Source of the DNA: Candidatus Electrothrix yaqonensis
GTDB lineage: Bacteria > Desulfobacterota > Desulfobulbia > Desulfobulbales > Desulfobulbaceae
Reading direction: 5' to 3'
Length of the DNA: 32,000 bases
NCBI GenBank assembly: GCA_047651235.1
Contig: CP178758.1
Span: forward strand, 3,540,001 to 3,572,000
The position numbers and the translations under genes are program-made. This document shows, piece after piece, positions 1 to 9,265 of the stretch (position 1 is the first letter of the stretch; the number at the start of each line of letters is the position of its first letter). The notes beneath the pieces are model-generated. The model saw only the letters and a list, made by a program, of their open reading frames with translations. It searched no databases and was not told the DNA's origin.

Positions 1-153
1 TCTGCATCGATTACCTCTCTAGGCCGCAAGCACGGCCTCTGGCAGAGCACCTGCTTCGAGTGCTTTGTTGCAGCCGTCGGTTCGCCGCAAGACAGAGAGA
101 TCAACCTCTCGCCCTCCGGAGACTGGAATGTCTATACTGTTTCTATGCCTTGA
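1..153 (+). CDS. 3' end of an ORF entering from the left edge (hypothetical protein fragment)
   Basis: Frame 1 is open from base 1 to TGA at 151-153 (...GLWQSTCFECFVAAVGSPQDREINLSPSGDWNVYTVSMP*). No family assignment possible by eye. Confidence 0.3.
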   Translation, partial: SASITSLGRKHGLWQSTCFECFVAAVGSPQDREINLSPSGDWNVYTVSMP

Positions 154-300
154 GCCATTGCAGTTCCCGGCCGGATTTTCACCAACGGGAGAGTTTTCTG
201 ATCAAGCTCTGACAGCCAAGTATCACGGCTAAGAAGGGGCAAGTAATACCATTATCGAAAACTATAGCCCCTTGTTGTCGGTCGAGGTATAACTCTGGTC

Positions 301-1120
301 ATGACACCTTATAAATACCCGCTTGAAGAGTTTGACTTCGTAGCGCTCGCGAAACAAAGTCGGGACTCAAAAGAAAAAGCGCGCCTTCTGATTCTCGCCA
401 ATCTGCAGGATGGAAAAGGGCAAGAGGTGATCGCCGACATGTTCAAAATCGACGTGTCCACGGTCAAGCGGACGTTGAGAAATTTTAAAATATCAGGAAT
501 TGGCGACTTATGTGATCGCTATCGTTCTGGTGCTCCGCGAAAATTAGCCAAGTCCGAGCATCCTGCGGTGAAAGAATACATCATACAAATGCAGGAGAAT
601 TTACCTGGAGGCCGCATAACTGGTTATGACGTTCAGCAAGTACTGCTGGAAAAATGGGGTGTAGTTTATTCCTTGACCACGGTCTATGGGCTTATGCACA
701 GCATGAATTTATCCTGGATAACCTCTCGTTCTCGCCACCCCAAACAGGACAAAGAGGTCCAGGAATCTTTTAAAAAAACTTCAGTGAACAGGCCCTAAAG
801 GCTCTGCCCGAGGATGTTGATCCGTCCGATGTCGATATATGGTTCCAGGACGAGACGCGGGTTGGCCAGCAAGGCAGCATCACCCGTAGATGGGCGGAAA
901 AAGGAACCCGTCCAAGGGTCATTCGACAGCGGCAGTTCAAGTACCACAAGTTTGGCAATGGCTTAAGCAAAAGTCTTTGTCCAACCGTTGTTACGAGACC
1001 TATGATGCCATCGTCGATGCCTGCTGCGAGGCATGGAACCGCTTTGTAGAGAGCACCCAAAGGATATCTCAAATCTGCACCCGTCAATGGGCAGATATAA
1101 AGAGGCAAAACTTGTTGTGA
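301..1120 (+). pseudogene. IS630-family transposase, frameshifted and internally deleted (IS relic)
   Basis: The N-terminal HTH part is intact (301-798). After the run TTTTAAAAAAAC (768-779) the -1 frame continues with the IS630 DDE start motif DIWFQDETRVGQQG. The conserved C-terminal tail (YETYDAIVDACCEAWNRF...QWA) is in a third frame (to 1120). The roughly 150 aa normally between them, carrying the second D and the E, are missing. Confidence 0.8.
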
Positions 1121-1153
1121 TTGGTATAAATCAGAAGAAGCGCGGTTCAATGG

Positions 1154-1193
1154 CAAAAAAAAGTACCCCCGCCGCAATACTGCGACAGGGGTA
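1154..1193 (-). terminator. Rho-independent terminator downstream of trkA
   Basis: On the minus strand, GTACCCC (rc of 1187-1193) pairs with GGGGTAC (rc of 1162-1168), followed by T8 (A-run 1154-1161 on plus). It lies about 25 nt after the trkA stop. Confidence 0.7.
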
Positions 1194-1218
1194 CGGGTAC
1201 CTTCAGTCCGCCATCACC

Positions 1219-1872
1219 TCACGGCTCAACCCGGCTCAACCGCGATACCTCGCCGATAGCGACAAAATTATCTCCTTCGTGAAACGCCTCAGTGGCTTTG
1301 GGGATGTAATGGTACCCTGTATCGCCACTTCTGCGTACAGCGATCACCTGAATGCCGAAGGTATTGGTCAGGTTCAGCTCCTGCAGGTTTTTTCCTTCCC
1401 ATGCTTTGATGGTAAATTCCTTGACCGCCATTGATTCGTCAAACGGCAGATAATCCATAAAACCCGGCATGGCGATCTGTCCGGCAATCTGTTTTGCAGC
1501 CATGTACTCCGGGATCACCACCTCATCAACGCCGATTTTGTAGAGCAGCTTTTCATGATCTTTATTGATGGCTTTGGCCCAGACTTTGGCTACGCCCAGC
1601 TCCTTGAGGTACATGGAGATCATGATGCTGGCGGCAATGGAATCCCCCACACTGATCAGCACATGCTCCAGATCCTGCAGGCGGATCTGTTCCAGCGCCT
1701 CCTGGCTCATGGCGTCCACCTGATATACCTGGGTCAGGACATGCTGAGCATTTCTCACCTTTTCCGGATCGCTTTCCACACCGAGCACCTCATGACCGAG
1801 ATCAATCAGGGTCCGGCCGAATTTGAGACCGAATTTTCCTAAGCCGATAATACCTATCTGTAACTTCATCAC
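1219..1872 (-). CDS. trkA: K+ uptake system NAD-binding (RCK) subunit TrkA/KtrA
   Basis: 217 aa. N-terminal Rossmann motif IGIIGLGKFG, RCK_N plus RCK_C layout, immediately downstream of trkH (10-nt gap). Confidence 0.85.
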   Translation of the reverse strand: MMKLQIGIIGLGKFGLKFGRTLIDLGHEVLGVESDPEKVRNAQHVLTQVYQVDAMSQEALEQIRLQDLEHVLISVGDSIAASIMISMYLKELGVAKVWAKAINKDHEKLLYKIGVDEVVIPEYMAAKQIAGQIAMPGFMDYLPFDESMAVKEFTIKAWEGKNLQELNLTNTFGIQVIAVRRSGDTGYHYIPKATEAFHEGDNFVAIGEVSRLSRVEP

Positions 1873-1881
1873 TGCTCCGAA

Positions 1882-3270
1882 TCAGCCGACCGAAAGTTTT
1901 TCTTCCGGTCTGGAAAAGAGAATTGTCGTGCGCAGGGACTGCATTGAACTGAGCAGGACAAGGGGGCCGAGCCGACCGACAAACATGAGCAACATGATAA
2001 TAATTTTGCCTGCCGGAGACAAGGTAGACGTCAGGCCGGTGGTCAGGCCGACTGTGCCCAGGGCCGAGACCGCCTCGAATAAAAGTTCCAGAAACTGGCC
2101 GCGGATCTGAGTATGAGGAATGTTGCCGCCTTCGGTGAAATCCAGCGCAATAACACAGATAAACAGCAGGGATAGAGAAAAAAACAGTAGAGTCAGAGCC
2201 TTATTCACCGAATCCCTGCCCACAGCATATCTGCCGATGACCACCTGCTCTCTGCCGGTGATCCGGGCGCGGGTAAAGGCGGCAAGGATGCGGAAGGTCG
2301 TTACCTTGGCCCCGCCTGCACAGGAGCCCGGAGCACCGCCGATGAACATCAGGAAAATCATGAACACCAGCGAAGCATTGGTCATACCGGCAATATCCAG
2401 ACTGTTGAACCCGGCAGTCCGGCAGGTCACCGACTGAAAGAGCGAGGTCAGTACCGCCTCATGCCAGGGTATCTGCTGATGAATACCGATAAATTCGGCA
2501 CAGAAGATATACAACCAGCCAGCTGCTATCAGAAAAAAAGAGGTTCTGACGACAATGCTGAAATGCCAGCTCGGCTGTATCTGTTGCCTTATTTTTTTTA
2601 CCCGGTCCAGTACCAGATTTTTTCCTTCAACAAGCACGGCAAATCCAATACCGCCGAGCACGATCAGGAGCATGATGATCAGGTTGACTGACCAGTTGCC
2701 CTGATACCCCATCAGGCTGTCGCTGTTCAGAGAAAAACCTGCATTGCAGAAAGCGGAGATTGCGTGGAACAAGGCGGAAAAGGGCACAAAACCCTGCGGG
2801 TCGGCGCAGAACAGGAGGACAGCGCCGCTCAGTTCTATCACCAGCGTCACGGTTACGATCTGGACCAGAAAGGTACCGAGATGAAACCCGGAATGATGGA
2901 GCAGGCTCTGGCCCACAGCAATTCTGTCGGTCAGGGAGACCTTTTTTTTCCAAAGGTAGAACGCCAGGCTGGAAAAAGACATGATGCCCAGACCGCCCAT
3001 CTGAATGAGCAGCAGAATAACCGTCTGTCCTGTGCGGGTGAATTCCTGCCCGGTGTCGGCCACAGCCAGTCCGGTCACGCAGACCGCAGAAGTCGCGGTA
3101 AACAGGGCATCCAGCCAGGAAAGCGTTCTGCCTTGGCAGCTGAAAGGAGCGTGCAGCAGCACTGCTCCGAGCAGGATCGCACCCAAAAAAAAGAAAATTG
3201 GCAGGGATATCGGGGCAAAAATCTTCTTTATTCTACGATGTAAGTTTCTGTTCATACCGCAGTCAGGCAT
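1882..3270 (-). CDS. trkH: K+ transporter membrane subunit TrkH/KtrB family
   Basis: 462 aa polytopic membrane protein with repeated pore-loop-like segments (TAVCVTGL, CNAGFS, RTAGFN, LGTVGLT) typical of the TrkH/KtrB family. In an operon with trkA. Confidence 0.88.
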   Translation of the reverse strand: MPDCGMNRNLHRRIKKIFAPISLPIFFFLGAILLGAVLLHAPFSCQGRTLSWLDALFTATSAVCVTGLAVADTGQEFTRTGQTVILLLIQMGGLGIMSFSSLAFYLWKKKVSLTDRIAVGQSLLHHSGFHLGTFLVQIVTVTLVIELSGAVLLFCADPQGFVPFSALFHAISAFCNAGFSLNSDSLMGYQGNWSVNLIIMLLIVLGGIGFAVLVEGKNLVLDRVKKIRQQIQPSWHFSIVVRTSFFLIAAGWLYIFCAEFIGIHQQIPWHEAVLTSLFQSVTCRTAGFNSLDIAGMTNASLVFMIFLMFIGGAPGSCAGGAKVTTFRILAAFTRARITGREQVVIGRYAVGRDSVNKALTLLFFSLSLLFICVIALDFTEGGNIPHTQIRGQFLELLFEAVSALGTVGLTTGLTSTLSPAGKIIIMLLMFVGRLGPLVLLSSMQSLRTTILFSRPEEKLSVG

Positions 3271-3650
3271 GTCGTTTGCGTCTGTGCTGATTGCTGAGTC
3301 TCCGCCTGCGGAGAAAATGGACAGGCTGTTTATTCAGGCCAGAATACCCCGGAATAGCCGGACCTGCAAGCTGAACCGGTTGTTCGACTGAGATCAGACT
3401 CAGGCTGCTCATTGCTTACGTTCGGACAGCTCTGAGCGCTGAATCTCCCGGCGCACAACCGGAGCAATCCGCGCTTTTTTATGCAGTGTGATATTCATAA
3501 TGAAAAACCGGGCAGTTTATGCTCTGATAAGAGAATGCTTATCCGTTCGCGCGCCTGAAACAAAGACTGGCTTTTCATGGGTATATTATCACACGGGACG
3601 CGACACGTAACTCCTGTTTTTTTCCTGAAAGGAGAGCTGAGGCGATCAGT

Positions 3651-4229
3651 ATGAAGAAAGATGCTCGGCAGATGGAGCAAAAGAACAGAGACAGCAGAGT
3701 AAGCCCCCCCGGATCGGGAATCTGGAAAATTGTGGATGATTCTGGCGAATTTCCGGAGCTCAGAGAATTTATTGAGAACGTCGCCGGGACAGAGCCTCGA
3801 CATCCTTCCCGAGAAGTGATCAATGAAAACCTGCTTGCAAAATTTTCCTTTCCTCCTCTTCATGCCCCGAATCTGAGGCGACTCAAGGGACAGAAGCGGC
3901 AGAGCGAAGATGAAGATATTTTTCCGCAGTCTGCCGCAGCTGAGCTGCCAACACAGAAACAACCGGCAGGGAAGTATCTGCGAATTTTTCTGTTTGTTTT
4001 CCTGCTGATTTTTCTGCTCGGTCTTCTTGCATGGAATATAGCTTTTCTGGGCTGGCAGCCGCCATCGGGAAAAGTGGTGGAGTCTGGTACGGAAAATTCT
4101 TCAGAGGTTGTCATGTCGCAAAAAAACGACATACTCAGTCCGGGAACCGTTGCCGTCCGGCTCATCCGGTTGCCCAACCCGGCATGGTCTTGCAGGCGCT
4201 CTGTTTTTCCTGACCTGACTCACTCCTGA
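3651..4229 (+). CDS. Hypothetical single-pass membrane protein
   Basis: 192-aa ORF with one clear TM helix (YLRIFLFVFLLIFLLGLLAWNIAFLGW). The RBS is poorly placed and no family was recognised. Confidence 0.3.
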   Translation: MKKDARQMEQKNRDSRVSPPGSGIWKIVDDSGEFPELREFIENVAGTEPRHPSREVINENLLAKFSFPPLHAPNLRRLKGQKRQSEDEDIFPQSAAAELPTQKQPAGKYLRIFLFVFLLIFLLGLLAWNIAFLGWQPPSGKVVESGTENSSEVVMSQKNDILSPGTVAVRLIRLPNPAWSCRRSVFPDLTHS

Positions 4230-4416
4230 ATTCGGGCACAGCGGAAGCCGAGAGAGACGTTACGGTGGACAGGCTCATGAACAAGTGCAGAAGGGCAATA
4301 TTACCAGTGAGGTTAAATAGGTCGGAGTGTTTTCCTCACATTGAATTTAAATTACTTGCTGTCGATAATTGACAAACTGTTTATAACGGTATAAAAAAGA
4401 TAGGCTTGATTTATTT

Positions 4417-4504
4417 GCCCGGATGGCGGAACTGGTAGACGCAAGGGACTTAAAATCCCTCGGTTCTTGTAACTGTGCGAGTTCGACTCTCGCTCCGGGC
4501 ACCA
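4417..4504 (+). tRNA. tRNA-Leu (anticodon UAA), type II with long variable arm, CCA encoded
   Basis: Acceptor GCCCGGA/TCCGGGC. Anticodon stem AGGGA/TCCCT with loop CTTAAAA. T arm GCGAG-TTCGACT-CTCGC. Long variable arm. Terminal ACCA. Confidence 0.93.
4448..4497 (+). repeat. Direct repeat 1 (attL-like): 3' half of tRNA-Leu
   Basis: 50 nt (ACTTAAAATCCC...CTCGCTCCG) repeated at 9216-9265 with one mismatch (C4487 vs T9255). Confidence 0.9.
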
Positions 4505-4512
4505 GAGATTTC

Positions 4513-4550
4513 AAGGGGTTACAGTTTATTAACTGTAACCCCTTTTTCTT
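4513..4550 (+). terminator. Rho-independent terminator after tRNA-Leu
   Basis: GGGGTTACAG (4515-4524) pairs with CTGTAACCCC (4533-4542), followed by TTTTTCTTT. Confidence 0.8.
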
Positions 4551-4784
4551 TGCATACCCTCTGTGCGTACTTTCAGTGTAATTGTGTCGGGAAAAACCCT
4601 TCTTTTTTCGAGTACGTCTGTCCTTCTTTACCTGTATAGTTTTCCATGACAAAGCAGAATTCTTGTCATATACTGTGAATCTGCCGAATATAAGCAAGGA
4701 AATAAAACCGTTCCCTGCTAGCCCTGTTAAGAATGTGTAGACTCAGAACTGTTCCTTCATACAACTGCCGCAAAGGTTATCGAA

Positions 4785-7577
4785 ATGAAAAAATCTATCC
4801 CTGTTGCCTTGATTATTAGCTTAATCACACAGCTTTTTGTTTTTCAAACCAACGCATTAAGCAGCTCGTTATTACTACAACTTCCCCCTATCTTGGCAGC
4901 ATCTCATCGTAGCGGTTCATCGTCTTCTGTGGTCAATGATAATGTAATTATTATCGGTGAAAATAGTGCTGCTGACATCATTAGTACGAGCCCGAATACA
5001 GGAATAAATGGTGAAATAGCGGTTTTGGTTTCAGGCGAGACGGCAACTATATTAGAAAATGGATATATTTTTTCTCTATTACCAGGAGCTGATAATCGTT
5101 TCCCATTTGGAATAACGGGAGAAATAGTAGGATTACTGGACAATGACCAAGGGCGAAAGATTGTTATTCTGCAAAATTCATCATATGCGGATGTGATCAA
5201 AGAGGCACATGTTGATCTCGATAATATAACATTAGATGCAAGTAACTTTGTTGGCGTTATTGCGCCGTCAGCGGTTCAGTCTGCATCTGAGGCACCTGTA
5301 GCAATGGCAGCAAAAAATGTATCAGGGGGAAATTTCTATTCATTCAGAAACGGTGCTGTTGTCGTAGGAGCCTCTAATGAAAAAATGAAAATAAATTCGA
5401 CTGTAGAGGATGCTGATATAAAACTTGATGATGTATCATTGAACATGAAAATTGATCTTGCTGAAATGGGAGTTGATGCGAGTAAAATGTTCCCAATTGA
5501 TGCTGAAACTTCTGTTGGTTTTGTAGTCTCAGGTTCGCTTAAAAACATTAATATATCCCAAAAAATGACTTTCAATACAAATATAGATGTCGATTCTCCT
5601 GTCGATCTTATATTTGATGCCAATATTGATAGTGAATTGGAAGCTGATGTAAAATTCAATGGTAAAGGGGCTGTGAAATTCGGCTATTTCTCACAAGCAT
5701 GGAAGGAAGTTGAAGATCTTTCCTTTTCAAAGTTAACAATTACAGGATTGTCATCAAGTGACAAGACTGGAAAATTTCCTCTTGTCGGTTTAGTATGGTC
5801 TATTCCGTGCCCAGAAGGGTGTCTTATGACAACTGGTAAGACTCAAACACCGCTGAGATTGGCTAAGGAGTTAGGCATTATTATTTGGGTTTCTTTAAGG
5901 CTTGATGGTGAATTTTCAATTGATGGGGCTCTGAAATTTGCGCATATAAATCCAGCAAAATTATCGCTTGGTATAGGTGGAACTATCCCGGATAGTGATT
6001 TTTATATAAACTCGTCATTGGAACGAATCAACAATGCAGATCGATTGTTAGAATTGATGCAGTTGGATGGTACCTTTAATGCAAATTCAAATATTGGAAT
6101 CGCTATAGATGCAGATATTTTTATAGGTACTATACGTATCGCGAATGCTGGAATTGATTTGGTTGCTCGCCCAGAGATACAGGTGACAGGAAACATAGGT
6201 TATGGAACTGATACTCTTGACTCGCTGTGGAGCTGGAATGGAAATGCTTGTTTTAGAAGCACCATAGGCGCCGGGGCCATATTGCGCGGTGCTGTAAAAT
6301 TTGGCTTTGAGATTGATGCTACCTCTTGGTTAACTATATCTGATGAATATGAATATCGAACTCAGATTCCCAAAGAGGAGGATATGAGTAAATCAGGTTG
6401 GCATGGAGCTTGGTATACTGTCGTAGGAGAGGATATCTGTACGGCAAACCCGGCAATTACGCAGACTCCGATGTCTGGTCCTCCGGGTACAACATTTACT
6501 CAATCAGGAATAGGCTTTACACCTGAAAGTACGGGCGTAATGTATATACGTAAACCTGATGGCACTGAATATGATCCCGTACTGTGCCCAATGGACGAAT
6601 GGGGAAATTTCAGTACCGATTACATTGCTCCTTCTGACAAAGCCCCTGGTAATTATACATGGAGGGTTATTGACGGACCTACCGGTGTTTCGAGCAACGA
6701 GGTCACCTACATCATTGAAGGAACAGAAGTAGACCCCACGATTGCTCAGACACCTATGTCCGGTCCTCCGGGAACAACGTTTACCCAATGGGGCACGGGC
6801 TTCACGCCCAATAGTACAGGCACGATGCATTTTCAGAAGCCGGATGGTACTGAATACGAGCCTCTCCAACAGGTGATGGACGACACAGGTCATTTTGAGA
6901 TTCCCTACCCTTCACCGACTGACAAAGAACCCGGAAATTATACCTGGTGGGTTATCGACGGCCCGACTGGTATTTCAAGCAATCAGGTCACATACACTAT
7001 TCAATCCCCGGAGGTCAATCCTACAATTGCCCAAACGCCAATGTCTGCCCCGGCAGGGACGACATTTGCTCAATGGGGAACGGGCTTCACTCCCAACAGC
7101 ACAGGCACGATGCATTTTCGGAAGCCGGATGGAACAGAATATCCGACCAAACAACAGGCTATGGATAGCACAGGACATTTTGACATTCCTTATCCTTCAC
7201 CCGTAGATAAAGAGCCTGGAAATTATACATGGTGGGTTATCGATGGCCCGACTGGTATTTCAAGCAATCAGGTCACATACACTATTCAATCCCCGGAGGT
7301 CAATCCTACAATTGCCCAAACGCCAATGTCTGCTCCGGCAGGAACAACGTTTGCTCAATGGGGTACAGGCTTCACACCTAACAGTACTGGAACAATGCAT
7401 TTCCGAAAACCGGATGGCACTGAATATGAACCTCTTCAGCAGGTGATGGACGGTATAGGACACTTTGATATTTCATATCCGTCACCGACCAATAAAGAAC
7501 CTGGAAATTATACGTGGTGGGTTATCGACGGCCCGACTGGTATTTCAAGTAACCAAGTGACATACACTATAGAATAG
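4785..7577 (+). CDS. Secreted large repeat protein: N-terminal signal peptide, ~550-aa unique region, four 95-aa tandem repeats
   Basis: 930-aa ORF. Signal-peptide-like N-terminus MKKSIPVALIISLITQLFVFQTNALS. The C-terminal half is 4 copies of NP(A/T)I(T/A)QTPMS.P.GTTF.Q.G.GFTP.STG.M...KPDGTEY...PGNYTW.VIDGPTG.SSN.VTY.I. AT-rich relative to flanks. Confidence 0.85.
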   Translation: MKKSIPVALIISLITQLFVFQTNALSSSLLLQLPPILAASHRSGSSSSVVNDNVIIIGENSAADIISTSPNTGINGEIAVLVSGETATILENGYIFSLLPGADNRFPFGITGEIVGLLDNDQGRKIVILQNSSYADVIKEAHVDLDNITLDASNFVGVIAPSAVQSASEAPVAMAAKNVSGGNFYSFRNGAVVVGASNEKMKINSTVEDADIKLDDVSLNMKIDLAEMGVDASKMFPIDAETSVGFVVSGSLKNINISQKMTFNTNIDVDSPVDLIFDANIDSELEADVKFNGKGAVKFGYFSQAWKEVEDLSFSKLTITGLSSSDKTGKFPLVGLVWSIPCPEGCLMTTGKTQTPLRLAKELGIIIWVSLRLDGEFSIDGALKFAHINPAKLSLGIGGTIPDSDFYINSSLERINNADRLLELMQLDGTFNANSNIGIAIDADIFIGTIRIANAGIDLVARPEIQVTGNIGYGTDTLDSLWSWNGNACFRSTIGAGAILRGAVKFGFEIDATSWLTISDEYEYRTQIPKEEDMSKSGWHGAWYTVVGEDICTANPAITQTPMSGPPGTTFTQSGIGFTPESTGVMYIRKPDGTEYDPVLCPMDEWGNFSTDYIAPSDKAPGNYTWRVIDGPTGVSSNEVTYIIEGTEVDPTIAQTPMSGPPGTTFTQWGTGFTPNSTGTMHFQKPDGTEYEPLQQVMDDTGHFEIPYPSPTDKEPGNYTWWVIDGPTGISSNQVTYTIQSPEVNPTIAQTPMSAPAGTTFAQWGTGFTPNSTGTMHFRKPDGTEYPTKQQAMDSTGHFDIPYPSPVDKEPGNYTWWVIDGPTGISSNQVTYTIQSPEVNPTIAQTPMSAPAGTTFAQWGTGFTPNSTGTMHFRKPDGTEYEPLQQVMDGIGHFDISYPSPTNKEPGNYTWWVIDGPTGISSNQVTYTIE
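6447..7574 (+). repeat. Four in-frame 285-nt tandem repeats inside the secreted protein gene
   Basis: Units start at 6447, 6732, 7017 and 7302. Units 3 and 4 are nearly identical at the nucleotide level. Confidence 0.9.
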
Positions 7578-7703
7578 CAAGTATTTCGGTATGACTCACC
7601 ATCATGCAGAAGGGATAATTGATAACCTATATACAGCACGATACAATAATCATACTGAAACAACTGCATTCCTACAATCCTGAGCAACAAGCTATTCCCC
7701 ATT

Positions 7704-8324
7704 ATGCAACAGCTCAACGCCGCCACACTCGCTGAATTCATCCTGACTTCTTACCCTGATAAGAATATCACTCCGATGAAATTGCAGAAACTTGCGTATT
7801 ACGCAAAGGTATGGTCACTTGTTGCGGGCAGGCCCTGTACTGATGCTCTGTTCAAACGATGGGATTACGGCCCGGTGAACCGGCCTATCTATAACACCTA
7901 TAGGGAGTTCAGCAAGCAGCCTATTCCAGCCCCTGCAAACCCTTCACAGCAGCACATAGCGGATGAAGATGCAGAGCTGTTGAAATTCATCCTTGATCAT
8001 TATGTGCATCATTCCGCTGTGGCCCTGAGTGCGATGACGCATAAAGAAACACCCTGGAAAGATACACCGCCCGATCAGGTTATTTCCGACCAGGTTATCT
8101 ATGATTACTATTCCACATTCTCCTTTGCAAAAAACTTTCAGGGGAAACCCTGGAAAGAAGGAACATACTACGTTTTGAAAACCAATTCCTGGTATTCATT
8201 CACAATGGATATGAGCGATGAAGAGGCGGAAACCTATGTATCATACCCCTCTTATGCGAACTATCTGGAGCGGCGGAAAAAATCCGATCTGTCGGTACAA
8301 CGCTTCATGCAAAAAATCTTCTGA
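7704..8324 (+). CDS. Panacea/DUF4065 (SocA-like) domain protein, putative antitoxin
   Basis: 206 aa. Hallmark stretch ITPMKLQKLAYYAKVWSLV...WDYGPVNRPIYNTYREF. It ends 5 nt before the Fic ORF. Confidence 0.75.
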   Translation: MQQLNAATLAEFILTSYPDKNITPMKLQKLAYYAKVWSLVAGRPCTDALFKRWDYGPVNRPIYNTYREFSKQPIPAPANPSQQHIADEDAELLKFILDHYVHHSAVALSAMTHKETPWKDTPPDQVISDQVIYDYYSTFSFAKNFQGKPWKEGTYYVLKTNSWYSFTMDMSDEEAETYVSYPSYANYLERRKKSDLSVQRFMQKIF

Positions 8325-8329
8325 TTCAC

Positions 8330-8946
8330 TTGTTTCACTCGCATGATGATAAACACGAAAGGGAATACCTTGCAGAGCTTATGCAACTTTTCCCTGTTTA
8401 TCCGCAGCTCCCTCTTGATGAGGCGGATGAACAAATTAAAGATTTCTGGAATAATTTAGCAAGTGCGGAAGAATTTGCCGAAGAGCTGAAAGAACTATCG
8501 AATCAAGCTGTTTATGCCTTCTTTCAGAAAATCCCGAAGGAACTCCATAAACAACTTTTTGGCGGTATCCTGAACAATGCCGGAGAGTATCGCAAAGCGA
8601 CTGATCCGAACAACGGAGAAGTATTCTTTGGCCCGTCAACCAATCAGTTTGCTGGAGCCGATCCGCTCATGATCGACAGTATGTTGCGGAAGAATATTTC
8701 CTCACTCACACTTTCTCCAGATGATCCGGTATATGTTGCCGCCAGATTTTACCAACGCTTCGTTTATTTTATATCCACCCCTTTAACGACGGAAACGGAC
8801 GGATATCCCGATTCATGGTTGAAGTCTACCTGATCTATCATCAGTACCGGATTGACTTTGAGCAGCTGAGAAAAGCAACACGGTGGCTGAAGCAACTGAA
8901 CTACTGCCACCGAAAATCCAATGTGCCGCTGGCCCTCATAGCCTGA
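8330..8946 (+). pseudogene. Fic/Doc-family protein (putative toxin), frameshifted immediately upstream of the catalytic motif
   Basis: The ORF from the TTG at 8330 runs to 8833. From about 8770-8773 the adjacent frame reads (Y)IHPFNDGNGRISRFMVEVYLIYHQYRIDFEQL... to TGA 8944-8946. This gives the canonical HxFx(D/E)GNGRxxR motif only after a 1-nt frame correction in the T-run GTTTATTTTATATCC. Confidence 0.8.
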
Positions 8947-9215
8947 AATGGTGGGTGCATCATTTCAGAAAGTTCGTTGTCCATGAAAATGAACTGAATA
9001 ATTTCTGAGTAAATGGATGAAGTCTTTTCATGATGAAGAGTTACACATTTTGATCCTGTGTAATAGCGTGTGTAATTCCTGTGTAATCGTGCCAAGAAAA
9101 ACAGGGAATTTTCCAGAAAACGCCAGCATTCTACAGTATGGCGAAACCTAAAAATTCCCTGCAATATCAAACTAATCAGAACAAAAGAGAAGTTCACGGA
9201 AAAGGCGATTGATTT

Positions 9216-9265
9216 ACTTAAAATCCCTCGGTTCTTGTAACTGTGCGAGTTCGATTCTCGCTCCG
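9216..9265 (+). repeat. Direct repeat 2 (attR-like): partial copy of tRNA-Leu 3' half
   Basis: 49/50 identity to 4448-4497. It lacks the 5' half of the tRNA and the final GGGCACCA, so it is not a functional tRNA. Confidence 0.9.

Noticed and set aside
3495-3962. 155-aa minus-strand ORF overlapping the 3651-4229 plus-strand ORF.
   Set aside because: It has no RBS, an odd composition and no TM or motif. The plus-strand ORF, with its clear TM helix, is the marginally better candidate and is itself low confidence.
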